NCBI GenBank assembly: GCA_030265395.1
Contig: JARFYF010000063.1
Span: forward strand, 44,275,175 to 44,339,174
DNA length: 64,000 nt
Reading direction: 5' to 3'
Origin: Rhina ancylostomus
Lineage: Eukaryota
Shown here: positions 40,459 through 53,069 of the stretch, in pieces
Position numbering within the stretch: the stretch's first letter is position 1
Layout: every line of letters begins with the position of its first letter
Position numbers and translations under genes: made by a program
Notes under the pieces: generated by a model
What the model saw: only the letters and a program-made list of their open reading frames with translations
Told to the model about the DNA's origin: nothing
Databases searched by the model: none

Positions 40459-41689
40459 GTAAATTTAAACTCACAGTCATTCTATGCCCAAAGTGCTTTA
40501 TCATGTTACTTTTTAAAAATATAAATGTTAACTTCAAGTTTGTAGCATGCCACGTTTGATGAACTTGTCTCTCTGCATAAACATCTAAAATACTGTTGCG
40601 TATTGTCAGTGCTCAGGCCGCAAGCTTTTGACAGTGTTTCATATCACATACCCTAACATCCTCATTCCTGTAGTGAAGCAGCACTAATGTCAGGACTGGA
40701 ATTAATACTTTACTGATAACTCAATACTCCAAGCATTGAATGCTAAACCATTAAAGGAAAACCTGCAGATTAATTTCTTTTAGCTCCCCATATTTCATGT
40801 CTCTTTTACTTTCTTTTATATTTCTTCTCTCTTTCACATTTTTTTCTAATCGAGCCAAATGCCTCCTTTCTCTCCCTTTCAAATAAAAAAAGCATTGCTT
40901 CCTGTCTCCTATTTTATTTTAACTGGCTGCTATTATTCATTTTGGGTGCAGAAGCTCTCAGCTGCAAAGTTGGTTTTTGAATTGTATAAAACAATCAGTT
41001 CTGGCTCACTACCCTAAAGATTGACCGTTTTGTAGCTTTATTTTCTCATTTCAGCCAGCTCGATTCTCCATTTTCTGTAAGAACCACAACTTGAGCAGAT
41101 TGCTTGAGATTGAGATCCCTTGAATTTCTTGATATTTTGCACTGAATTTAGAAGTCTTTGGTAGATGTCTTGGGGATCCCTTGATATTCATGAAAGTAGT
41201 TGTTGAGAAAGACTACTCTGGATTGTGTTTCTTGATTCAAAAAGTGTGTCCCATATCTGGAAGAACGTTGCGAGTCTCTGGCTTGCATTTGCATGGAACT
41301 TTGCAAATACAAATTATATTGATAAATCAAAAGCTGAAAGACATTTATGCATTGTTACTTAGATATGCCCAAGAGTCAATGCCAGGATTCTGAGTGCTGA
41401 AACGTATATTGCTATTTAGGGACAGTCACACAATTTTTGGTATTAAACTTATTACACTGACAAAACAATGGTGAATCTGAAAGGTTCTGCATATTTTTTA
41501 GAAATCTGAAAACTCAGGATCTATGTGTACAGAATATATAAATAGTGTAGTATAATTGAGCATGTGCAGCTTCTTTTTTAGTCAGACAATAGTTCTTTAT
41601 TCATGGGACACGTACATTTCTTGTAAGCTGATAAAATTATCACTGAGAAGTGCTGCCGGCCATCTTTTGGAACCACTGTAATTTGTATT

Positions 41690-42930
41690 GTGGTTAAGTA
41701 GCTGTTGGATAGGGAGCCTCTAAGTGCCATTTCCAAATCAGTATGGTGTGTGATGTGGAGCTTGACTCTTTTGCAACGGTGTTCCCATTTGTCTGTTCTA
41801 CTTGGCCTTCCAGGCGAGAGAGGCAGTGAATTTGTAAGGTGCTGTCAAAGGAGGATTGGAAGGGTACTGCAATGAATCTTGTAGATGATGGGTATTGTAG
41901 CTGCAGGAAGGAAAAAATGTTAAATTTAAAATCAGTCAAATGGCCTGGTTCATCCTGGTCATTCTGGTTGGTGTCATGCATCTTGAGTTTTGTTGTAGCT
42001 ACACTCATGCAACTAGTTGGAGACATTTTCCATCACACATCTGATTTGTATCTTGTAGAGAATGGAAAAGCTTTAGGAAATTGAGGCATGAATCATTTGT
42101 TGTCGAATTCTAGCCTCAGACCTGTCCTTGTACCCACAGCATTGATTTGGCAAGNNNNNNNNNNNNNNNNNNNNNNNNNNNNNNNNNNNNNNNNNNNNNN
42201 NNNNNNNNNNNNNNNNNNNNNNNNNNNNNNNNNNNNNNNNNNNNNNNNNNNNNNTGATTTGGCCAGTGTAATTAAGTTTCTGTTCACTGATAACCTTCTA
42301 AGTTATTATTTGTGGAAAATTAGGCAATGGCAGTGCCATGACATGTAAAGGATAGGTGGTTAGACCTCTTGTTTTTGCAGATGGTCATTGCCTGAAACTC
42401 AAGAGAATGCAACAAGTTAAATGCTACTTGCTAGTTACCAGCTCAAGGTTGGATATTGTCCTAGACTTGTCACAGATTACTTTATTGTCTGAGAGCTGGG
42501 AAGTGAGTTGAATAGTGTGCAATCATCAGCCTGTCTCTGATCTTCTGAGAGATGGTTAGGTATTAAGGACATTGTGCTGAGGATATTCTGGAGCTGATGC
42601 AATTGGCCTCTGATAATCACAGCCTTCTTCATTAATGCTAAATTCAACTCCAAACAATGGAGAATTTCTCTCCTGATTACCATTGAATTCAGCTTTCCTC
42701 TGGATCTTTGATCACACGTCAGCCAATTTCTGCCTTGATATCATGGACCATTCTCACCACTGGAACTCAATTCCTTTTGTCATGTTTGGACCAAGGTTGA
42801 AATGAGATCTGCAGCCAATTGCTTCTGGCAGAATCCAAATTGAACAGGTTACTCACAAGTAAGTGCTACTTGAAAGCACTGGAAATATTTTCCATCACTT
42901 TTCTGATGATGGAAAGTAGTGGTAATTGCT
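41690..42930 (-). mobile_element. Old LINE-like remnant, family and strand uncertain
   Basis: Resembles decayed chondrichthyan CR1/L2-type sequence from recall; no intact motif. Confidence 0.35.
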
Positions 42931-43089
42931 ATACATGTTCCGGAGTCAGATGCAACTCAGCATCTTGAATTACTCTTCGTAGGGTGTGCATGAATAAATG
43001 TGTGCATGTATAATTAGACCAAGCATAAAATGATTTCTTTTGTAACCAGTGTTGCTTCTTTTTTTGCCTCACGTGGACAAAAATAACAG

Positions 43090-43128
43090 CCACAATTATT
43101 AAAGGTAAAGGAATTAGAGATTACATTA
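43090..43128 (+). CDS. EDEM3: Putative alternative EDEM3 cassette microexon (39 nt; ATIIKGKGIRDYI[N]); internal donor after 43104 gives a 15-nt form
   Basis: aacag|CC...TTA|gtaagt; phase 1-1 like intron 19, no stop; upstream pyrimidine tract and two TGCATG. Confidence 0.7.
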
Positions 43129-45323
43129 GTAAGTCATTTATTTTAAAATTCAACCTTCCTTATGTCCAACATCATCCCTGGCCATGCATATTATGTGTTT
43201 GGATGTCTACAGGTATCATCTGGAAAATAAATGTAGAAAGTGTGTAGCAATGCCTATCAGGCCACTATCTATGTAGCTTTCCCTCTCCTCAACCTTGTTT
43301 AGTTTTTGTCCATAGCAATACAGTAGTGATTAAAGGAGCTCGATAGCATGAAAAATTAATTCCAGCATTCAAATTCAAAGATTTAGCGTTGGGGACTCAA
43401 AGCATCAGTTAAGAAGTGGAGAGAAAAGCCATTGCAGGAGATGCACTGACTGCAACTAGAAAGACGGATATAGTATCAAACAAGGAAATCCGATCAGCAG
43501 GACAATCGGAATCCTCAGAGGAGGAGGATGGAGATATGGGCAGTGATAACACACTGAAGGATTTCTGACAGGGAAAGGTTGGAGATGGATCTATAGTTTG
43601 CAGTGACTGAGGAACCAAGGGTAGGATTTTAAGGAGAAGGGTAGCTTGAAGGGTAGGGAGGCAGCATACTAGGAGAAATGTTAACACTATCAGCAGGCAG
43701 AACTGGTGAACAGTTTGATGAGACTAGGGTCAAGGCTGCAGGAATTTAGTTTTCTTGGGCAGCTTGGTCAAGGCAGGGAGTAGGGTAGATGGTGTGGGGG
43801 TGGAGATGGACATAAAGCAGAGAAAGATGTTGGTTTGGGACTAGGCTAGAGAGACAAATAACTATATGAAAAGCAGAAAAAATTCCGATACTGTAAATCT
43901 TAGCACCTGTGGAAAGAGAAACGGTTAACAGAGCGAGGGGAACTTTGAGTTGGACTAAAGGAAAGAAGTGAAGTGGCAGGGACATGTGATTTTAATTATA
44001 GCGAAAAGGAAGTCCATGAGCTTCCAATGTAATCTTGAAGGAAAGAATGCTGGAGGTGCTTCGGGGATGGGGTTGTTCAGTGCTGGCACTGTTTGTGGCA
44101 AAAAGCTGAGGTTATTTTTACATTCTAGGAGCATCCTAAATACTGGAGAGGAGAGCTGTACGTTATAGGCTCTATGTTTTGTGATGCTATGATGGTGTTT
44201 AGTTATGTTGTCTGATGTGAATAGATAAATCTGTTACCCAGCATAGTCATTCAAACCTTGTGTCCCATAAACTACAGGGAATGGAGATGAAGTCAGCCAT
44301 ACCAATAAATGACCTTGAGGTGTAAGAGTATGACTGAGCAGGTTAATAGTTCTAGAAGTATTGTGGTTGGAATTTTAAATCGCTACTGTAAATGATTTCA
44401 GGAGAGTTTTTTTACGGGGGTGTGGTTGGATAGAAATTGGTTGAAGTGAATGGATTTCTGAGGAGATGATCTGATAACATGGGAGAAGTGAGGCCACATG
44501 AGATATTATGATCACTGGGTGGTTATGAATATGATCCTGTAGGTTTATGTGGAAAAAGACTGAAAAAGAAACGTTGAGGAAAGAGAGAGAATGATGGATT
44601 AAGGTATGTGAGTATCATAATTTCAGCAGTGCGGAGCCTCAGACAACCTACCATGGAGGACCTAATGTTCATTTGACACAGTACAGATATCAAAGTGGTT
44701 GCAGTCTGTAAGATGATGGTTGATTGTATGGAGGCAACAAAACTCAAACATGAGCAATAGTTGTAGATGTACTACAAACTGCAGCCTCAGGAATATCTAG
44801 AAGTAGAATTTCCTTCCTGGCTTTGGGTGTTGGTTTGGAAAAGTTCCTTAAGTTGTGTAAAATAATGGTCACTGCTTCTAAGTAATAAAGTTTATTATTT
44901 AGAAATTGGTAGTTTTCAGCTTGTAGTCTCTTGAGAAAGATTCGTACCTGTTTTTATGCTACAGTAAGTCACTGTGGGTTTGTCATCTAAACTGTAAAAA
45001 AACTGGGATGATGATAAAGTTGTTTAAGGTCACCTGTTGATTTGAAACGAAGTACAGTTTATTAACAAGCCATTGTCATATTTGTAATACCTTGTAGAAA
45101 TAATATTGTGATCATTATTCTGTATCTGATTCATTTGAAAATTGCAGTTGCTTTATTGTCTAGAATACCAATGTTTTGCCATGTAGGAGGAGCTCCAAAC
45201 ACCAATTGAATCCAATTTAACTCACAGTTGCAAATAAATGACCAAAATTACTCAATGCAATAACAAATACAATTGTTTGCACTTGCAACTTTATCTTAAA
45301 GTATTTTAATACTTGATTTTTAG

Positions 45324-45838
45324 ATCTGGATATGGAAGAATCAGAACAAAATTCAGAAGATGATTTGCAATCCAGGGAGCCAAGCTCGACCATGTTTGAA
45401 TGTCAGAGTGAAGCAGCATCTTACATTAAAATCCCAAGCAACGGGAAAGCTGATGAATCAGTGAGCGAGGATGATGCCAGTGATCAGTCAATCATGCCTG
45501 GCACAAAGATACAACTAAGTAATGAAATTTTGGATATGTTGAGTGGTTCTGATCAGAACCCAAGTAATACTCCTACAGACACATCGTCAGATACTGTTGA
45601 TGTCAAAGATCAGGACATCCAAAGGACAGATTGTCAAGGGACCTCTGGAGATGGACAAGAACCTTGCACTCAATCTTCAGATGAGGTAAAGGAAGGGACC
45701 GATAGTGAGGTAGAGACAGAGCAGGAATCCAGTCCAAATATTAGTCAAGAAACAGAGGCTCGAACAATAGACTCCTTGTTATCGGACTGGAAGGAAGAGA
45801 TAGATGCCTTTGAAATGATGGATAAGGACGAGCTATGA
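45324..45838 (+). CDS. EDEM3: EDEM3 last coding exon 20 (acidic disordered tail ending ...DWKEEIDAFEMMDKDEL*)
   Basis: tttttag| acceptor; contains ORF 45332..45838; C-terminal KDEL ER-retrieval signal. Confidence 0.96.
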
Positions 45839-48800
45839 CCATCATCATACATTTGTATGATGGGATTTTCCTCCTTTTCCCCCAGATGAACTGGGTGTAA
45901 TTGTGCACAGTGACATTCCCTGATCAATTGGAATAATGTGCCGATCTGTCTCTTTGATTTTTATCAACTCTCAAATGTGGAGAAGGTCCTTGATACCCTG
46001 ATCATCTTTTCTACCTGTTTAATCTGAAGGTACCAGTCAGATGAATGGTTTTCCTGATACGGCATGCCTCAGACTGTGAGAAATGGGCCAGGGTTGAGAG
46101 AATGTGTTTCATTATTTTCTACCTTTCCCTCCTTTTCCATTCACATGCACACTCCTTCAGACTAATTTTATTGTGTTACTGCAGGTTATAAAACCACACT
46201 ATTCTGCAGCATTTATCCACTATATAATTACAAGCTGACAGCCACTTGCCAGATTAAAACACCAGATTGCTTAATTAATTTTTTTAAAAAGCTTGTAATT
46301 ACTGAAATATGATTTTGGTTTCTATTTTGTTTTTCTAACAAACTGGAAAGAATTCTTGACAATATTGTCTCCAGCAATGAAATTTATTATTGAGCATTTT
46401 CAGCACCATCCCAACCAAGTGAGGAAAAAATAAAGGATTCAGTGTTGTCAGACATTGGAACTTGTGGTTCAAAAAAGTAATTAACAGACTTGATTTTTAC
46501 ACTGTTCTGTCTTGCTTGTCCATGTTCCTCCATCACACTCCTAAACCTTTCCAAGCCTGTTATTTTCCATTTCATATGCTGCAGGGATAACACCCAGCCA
46601 ATTCAGGTACTCAAACTAATGGCTATCACAAGGGCACTCACTGATTTTACACTTTCCCTTTGTGGACATCAGATCACACAAAAATCTGGTCCATTTGCTG
46701 GAACCTTCTGTCCTATAGCTGTTAACTGAATAATTCTACTGCTGAATCCAAGTCCAGTTACAGCTTTGATATCAGATGATAGATTGGTTAAGCGTGTAAA
46801 AGCTTCTGGTTAACAGGTGGCAGCTCCTCTGTATTGGTTAATACAAACTAGTCCTGTTTGCAGTAAGACCCATTTTGGATGAAAATGATAACAAAACATA
46901 ATGTTTTTATGTTTTCTATTTTTTTTAAATTGAATTGTGTAAGGCTAGGAGTACGCAATGGAATATTATNNNNNNNNNNNNNNNNNNNNNNNNNNNNNNN
47001 NNNNNNNNNNNNNNNNNNNNNNNNNNNNNNNNNNNNNNNNNNNNNNNNNNNNNNNNNNNNNNNNNNNNNTACGCAATGGAATATTATTTTAGACCAGTAG
47101 TTTGGGGAAGCCCAACACTGTCATGTACAAAAAAAAAACTTAATGGTTGTGAACTTTGTCAGTAGGTCACAATGCTATGGATCAGTTTGCAGGAATATTT
47201 ATCTGTCAGAGACTTTCCTCTGCAATTTGAGCTGACCTTAAATGTTGAAGATATTTTACCTGTTGAAAGTTTCCTTCTTAAAGCATTAATTGCAAATTGA
47301 TAGAATTTTAAACATCTTTTTTTCCTGTCTGATTCAATAGACTTCCATATTTATTGTATAGCCCTACTATTCTAACAGCTGTGGGATGTTGAGCCATTAA
47401 TTAAATAGTTAATTGGCACTACTTTTAATGCCCTTCAAAGTGGTACAACTCTATCCCAAACCTAAAAATAATTAATTGATGAACATGTGTAATTGTTCGA
47501 TTTATGCTCCCATTAAGTGCCTTGCGATGTTTTGCTGTGTTACAAGTCACTATATAAATAGAAGTTGGTGTTACTCGTTCTTTTACTATGTTTTTAGATA
47601 ACATAGTTCGGTTGATAAGTGTGCAGCCTGGTGTGCAATTGTGTTATGTAGTCTAGATTCTGTTTGTGTTGCTGAATCAGTGAAGTTCACTTGCAATATA
47701 TCAATTGATCTCACTGTTACTCGTCCAGGGTAAGGAAATGTGAGTCAGGGTGCCGCCTCCATTTGGAAGTCCATCAGGTTAGCATTACATAAGCAGAAGT
47801 TCTGTGCTCTGATCCATCAGGTATCTCGATTGACTGTGTGCCCGATCCAAGGGCACGTAGATGTTCAATGGCCGCATTACTTCCTGGCTCTGACTGGTGC
47901 GTGTGAGAAACAGTTATTTGATAAGGGGTTAGAAACTGGACAACACTTGCAGGATTGTATCCCCAACAAGGTGTGAAGTGAGGAGAGAAAATAGAAAGAT
48001 TTTTTTTCAAAAAGGACACAGTTGTTTCATGGATCTATTTTTTCCTCTCTAACAAATTAGTCTGTCAATAGTGCTCTGATATATCTTTGTATGTCAGTGT
48101 ACTCTGTAACCTTTATAACCCTGTGCAAATAGTTCAACTTTGGGGCAAAGCAAATCCTTTGGTAGAAAATCCCTACAAGTTAGAGTTCACTTATGATACT
48201 TTTGAACTGTTACTCATTTTAGAAGGATGTTTGACATTTTCAAGAGCGAGGAGTATTTGGAGTTCAGTTTTAAATATTGAATGTAATGGATATGGAAAAC
48301 ATTGTTTACTGATGTTTTGTTTGTAATGTTGTGGTCTTAAGTCCTGTAGTGTATATTAAGATCTTTTGGGATAGGCAGTGTGCATCATTTATGGACTGAA
48401 CCCTCTTTGCACGTGGCAAAATATGCACATCTTTATAAATATAACCATTAATAAGCCTAATTCGCAGTCTATCAAATAGAGACATTTTCTTTACTGTTCG
48501 GATCCTTGATTATTCAAAACTTGTACTTCTGTCAGTGTGAATAAATGCTCCTGCAGTTCTCAAAGGGTAAGACTACAAAGGATCTTTCTGAAAGTTAGGT
48601 TCTTGTTTCACAGTGGAGTTGCAAATCTGTAAGTCATGATTTTTCAGTATCAATGATTATCTCCGAAAACCACCATTTGTATACATTTTCAGTATCTAAC
48701 AATGTTGTATATTACTGTTCATTATTATATAACATTATGATTGATGTTGACAAATTTTGAAATCTGTTTAGTTCCATAATTCCACTATAATTTGGAGCAG

Positions 48801-50400
48801 GTATCCTGCAGATATAGAACGCTTTTGCTTAGATGCTGCTAAATGTAGGAGGTATACAGTTAGCTGTTACTTTGCTCACCCAAATATTACAATTATTAGA
48901 AGATTATTAGGAAGTGATTTTTTTTTTTGTTTGTTTGTTTAAAGTTGTCTATTTCTGTATGGTCCAGATTGAAGAACTCTAAGTGCATCTGCAATAATTA
49001 AATTGCTTAACCATTAACTATGACAAAATTAGGCACTAAGATTTTTTTATTTTAATTGGAAGGGAAAGATCTGTAAACAATTTTACTGCTTCTGTATTGC
49101 AACCTTTTGACTTTACAGTGAAGCAATATGATGAGGTGTTCCTGTATTTTGAGCAGGATACAGAGCAAGCAACAGCTCTGCTAATCCTTCAGATGATCTG
49201 TCATATTGACTGAGAGATTACAAAGCAGCTAAATGTTAACATATTCATTCTCAACTAAAAGAGTTTCAAAGGATTTAGGATTATGTTGTCGGCCTATATA
49301 CAACATATATAAGCCCTATTGAGCCCAACTAAATAGGGAATTTGCCAGCTTTATAAAAAACAGAAAAATGCTGGAAAACATTTAGCAGATCAGTCAACAA
49401 ATATTGAGGGGGGGGGTGGGGGGAAGAAGCCCCAAATATTTCAAGGCTGGCATAGCTTTTTGCAATTTCAACTGTTTCTGTCCCCCTCGCCAATGTTGCC
49501 TGACCAGCTGAGTGTTTCCAATATTTTTTATATTTAGATTTACAGCAGGGAGTATTTTACTTATTTAAAGGCTGCAATTGGTTATAATGCTATAGTTTGC
49601 CAAAGTGGAGATGACTGGACAATTCCACTGTCAATTAGGCTTGGAGACCACACTGTTTTAAGTGACTGATGTAATGCATGTAACTTGTGTCCAAAAATCC
49701 TTCACACGGGCCATTTTTCCAGGTGACATTATCTTTGTTTTACTGGGAGACATGGCTGTGGTTTGTTCCTTGTTCTCTGTTTAGTGAGAACATTGATTTT
49801 TCTTGGTGTTCAATAGACTTTTTGATTTGTGATATTATTGTCTATCCACCTCCAGCTCATTGGCTAATGCAGTGTTGCCAATACCTATTAGTTTATTGAT
49901 TTTTGAAGTCCTATAGTTGGTGCTGGATTGAGCTGTTTCATGGTTTAAGATCACATGGGGGAAATGTCAGTTTCATGTTAAAATCAAAAACACACAATTA
50001 AGGCATTCAAAATATAAAACTTTTTTTAAGGAAGGAAAGGAAAATTTTGCACAGTACTAATAAAAATAGCTATGCATTTTCTTTTCTCAGAGCTTTTAAT
50101 TTGAATTGAAATTAAATTTAACACTGGGACCTGTTCCTTCATTGTGATTGTGGCATACTGTGTCAATCAGACTGTAGAGTTTGCACAGCAGGTGCTAGAG
50201 TCCATGTCTTTCTCTAACAGAAATGGTGTAGGCACCGCAGAAAAACCTGTAAATAAAATGGACAGCTGTAAAATGTAAACTGTGATGTAAAAGGATCTGG
50301 TTAATTTTGTAGATATGATCACTGTATATATTTCTGCATTTGATTACTGTGATTAGTTTTGATTGTAAAGATTTAATAAACCAATGTAAATATAATGAAG
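45839..50400 (+). other. EDEM3: Probable long EDEM3 3'UTR
   Basis: Repeat-poor, U-rich sequence after the stop, ending in a cluster of AATAAA; 3' end inferred. Confidence 0.55.
50375..50380 (+). terminator. Candidate EDEM3 polyadenylation signal
   Basis: AATAAA followed about 20 nt later by the GU/U-rich tract gtctcttttgatttgttg; other AATAAA at 48540, 50059, 50252 and 50432. Confidence 0.5.
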
Positions 50401-52629
50401 TCTCTTTTGATTTGTTGATCTAAAAAATCACAATAAAAAGGATGCCCCAATGTTTGAATTAAGTTGAACTTAAGAGTTTCAAAATTTTGTTTTAGATTTG
50501 ACTAATAATCTATTGGCATTGAAAATTTGTAAAAAAAAATCATAAACACTATCTCTGAATACAAAGCACATTACTGTTTAATATATTTTCTTAATGCATC
50601 ATGTTCTGGATAGTTGTATGAATTAGTATCATTAAAAAACTTCAAATGTATAGGTAACTAATGTGTTCAAAGCATTTTCCTGCAGTATCTGGGACATTAA
50701 AAGCATGCATACAGAAGCCAAACTGATGAATAGTCAATCCAAACAGGAGGAAAGCAATGGATTCTTGAAGATGACGTGAAGAGGAAAGGCAAGTCATGCA
50801 TGGAGATGTGTTGGCTGTGTGCAGATAGGGTTGAAGCCATGCAGGAACATGCCCATAGGGTTGGCAGCTAAGCAGATGTGAGAGCGGAAGTGTGTCAAAT
50901 ACGGTAGGAGATTGCGATTGAATTATGTAAGTTTTAATTCAAGAATATTATTTGTTCATTTATGGCACACTCTGTTTCTGAAATTAGAAACTAGATGGTT
51001 ATAAAATGAAAATACTGGACCACCTCTAGAATTATCACAGTTCATGTGATGCTGCTCCTACGATGATGTCACCAGCATTTTCTGATTTCCAATATCTTCA
51101 GTTTTTTGCCTGATCCAGCTCTGCGTGACTTGACTCTCACAATGCAATCTCAATAAAGTGGAAAAGCCTACCGATTCTTCATTATTTTTGAGGTAAGTGG
51201 GAATCTTGGTAGCTTGAAATTCTGCTATGCTAAAATGCAACATCTGAGATGAATGACAAGTAAACTGTTGAGCACACAATAAAGTCAAGAGGAGAGGTAG
51301 CACAACCTCTGTTGCTTAGCAGCTAATAATTCATTTCTAGCTGGAAGTTCTCTCTTTTCACCCCATCCTGTGCTCAAAAAAATAGATAACTAATTGATAG
51401 ATGCTTCTCCTTTTACTAAAGCTGTGTTGAGCATGATGTGCTTCATTCCACCTGTGAATCTGGAATAACCGTGAAATTAGTGAATTCTTGTTAAAATGCA
51501 GCTCTTTCATTTGAATCCTTGAGGGAAGGAAATCCACCATCCCTTGCTGGTCTGCCCTATATGTGATTCCAGACCCACCAACTTGGTGACATGCCATTCC
51601 AGGGGATCTTTAAATCCAAGTGCTGAGGCATTATACTCTTGCTAACAACACCCACATCCTGTGAACAAATATTTAAAAAAAAGCTGAGAATGAAGTTGAC
51701 GGAAATGTGAGTCACAGTGAATGATGCTCAACATGTCCAATTGATATGCAGCATTTTAAAGATAAATTATGGTCTGATGTCAGGAAGTAGTTCTTGCCAA
51801 ACAAGTGAGCAACACCAGTTGCAGTTATGGTGAAAACATTAAGATCTGCTGAAGAAACAATGGGATGCCATAATAGAGCAAGTCTTATAGTTTTTCTGGC
51901 TGGATGGGCTTAAATGGGCCAAATGCCTTGAATTAATTATCTTTTTGCTGAAATGCAGAATGGGGCCTCCCTCATCAGCAACATTGAGCAACTTTTATTT
52001 TAAATCAGGCTTTTGCAGATACTAGTGTTCAGTTTTATGATCCCTGATGTAATATGTATTCCTTGAAGTTCTGCTCCATTGTAGTACTTAGCAGCAATGG
52101 GTCCTCGGAGACTCTGGTCTAGCTTGTGTCTGAAATGTGTACCATCCAGTGTGATACATCCTATCTGTGCAGTAATCATGTTAATGAGAATAGTACTCTG
52201 CCTAAACTGCAGACTATGCATCATCTGTCCCATTGTGTGTTTCAGTAGACTCATTGTCCTCTCTGGTGCTCTCCACCCAACATACTATCTTCTGCAAAGC
52301 ACCCAAGCCACATTCTAAGCCAGTTTTTTTTTTCTAATTGTCGAACAGAGTTGATGAATTAGAATAGTTAATCAATGTCCTCCTGTGACTTTGCTTATTG
52401 TCACAAAATTTGCCGGATTTCATGTACGCAGCTCCCTGCTGATTCCATCAGTAAATTAGCACACCCAGAGAGAGTGAAAACAGAACCGCACTTCTGATAG
52501 CTGCTCAACGATCCTGCTCAAAAAAGTAAGTGAAACTTGCACCTGATTTGGATATCTGACTTTTTGCCCTTGAACAGACTCCAACATTCAAAGGTAAGGC
52601 GCTGGAAAACAAATGCAGGAAATTGGGAG

Positions 52630-52710
52630 TAGTTGGGTGGGCAGCATCGTCAGCATGGACCGACTGGGCCGAAGGGCCGATATCCATGCTGTATTGCTCT
52701 GTGGCTCTGT
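52630..52710 (+). mobile_element. CR1-like 3' tail
   Basis: cagcatggaccgactgggccgaagggccgatatccatgctgtattgctctgt. Confidence 0.6.
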
Positions 52711-53069
52711 TTTTTAAAAAAAACAGCAAAGACAGGTGGAACTGTTTCCGAGGGCAAGTTATGGGCTTCAAGAAATTATTATGAAAAATTCATGGTTATT
52801 ACTTGTGTCTCCGAAGTTCATGGAATCTGTGATTCTCACAAACTTCTCCCTCCTTTACAGTAAACATTGTAGTTTATCGCATCAATAAATTGGAAAATTG
52901 TCTGGCTTGTTAAGGTCACTAACCTGACTGTGCCAGTCCACGTGGCTAATGTGAAGTGAAGGTAAATATTAACCAAGAATGAAAAGTTTAAGCAGTGAAA
53001 GTTTGCTGCTATTCCCTTCTCGTTCCTTATACCCCCAACCTCTGCTTTTCAGCTCCTGACGCGTCCCTA

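Noticed and set aside
43409-43687. Acidic stretch (..SESSEEEDGD..) on the + strand as another EDEM3 exon
   Set aside because: No convincing pyrimidine-tract acceptor, the frame ends in a stop, and it borders purine-rich decayed repeat sequence.
4058-45838. EDEM3 as a pseudogene or catalytically dead copy, or containing U12 introns
   Set aside because: All 19 exons splice in frame without stops. [24 protein letters not shown] and KDEL are intact, and no donor shows the U12 consensus RTATCCT.
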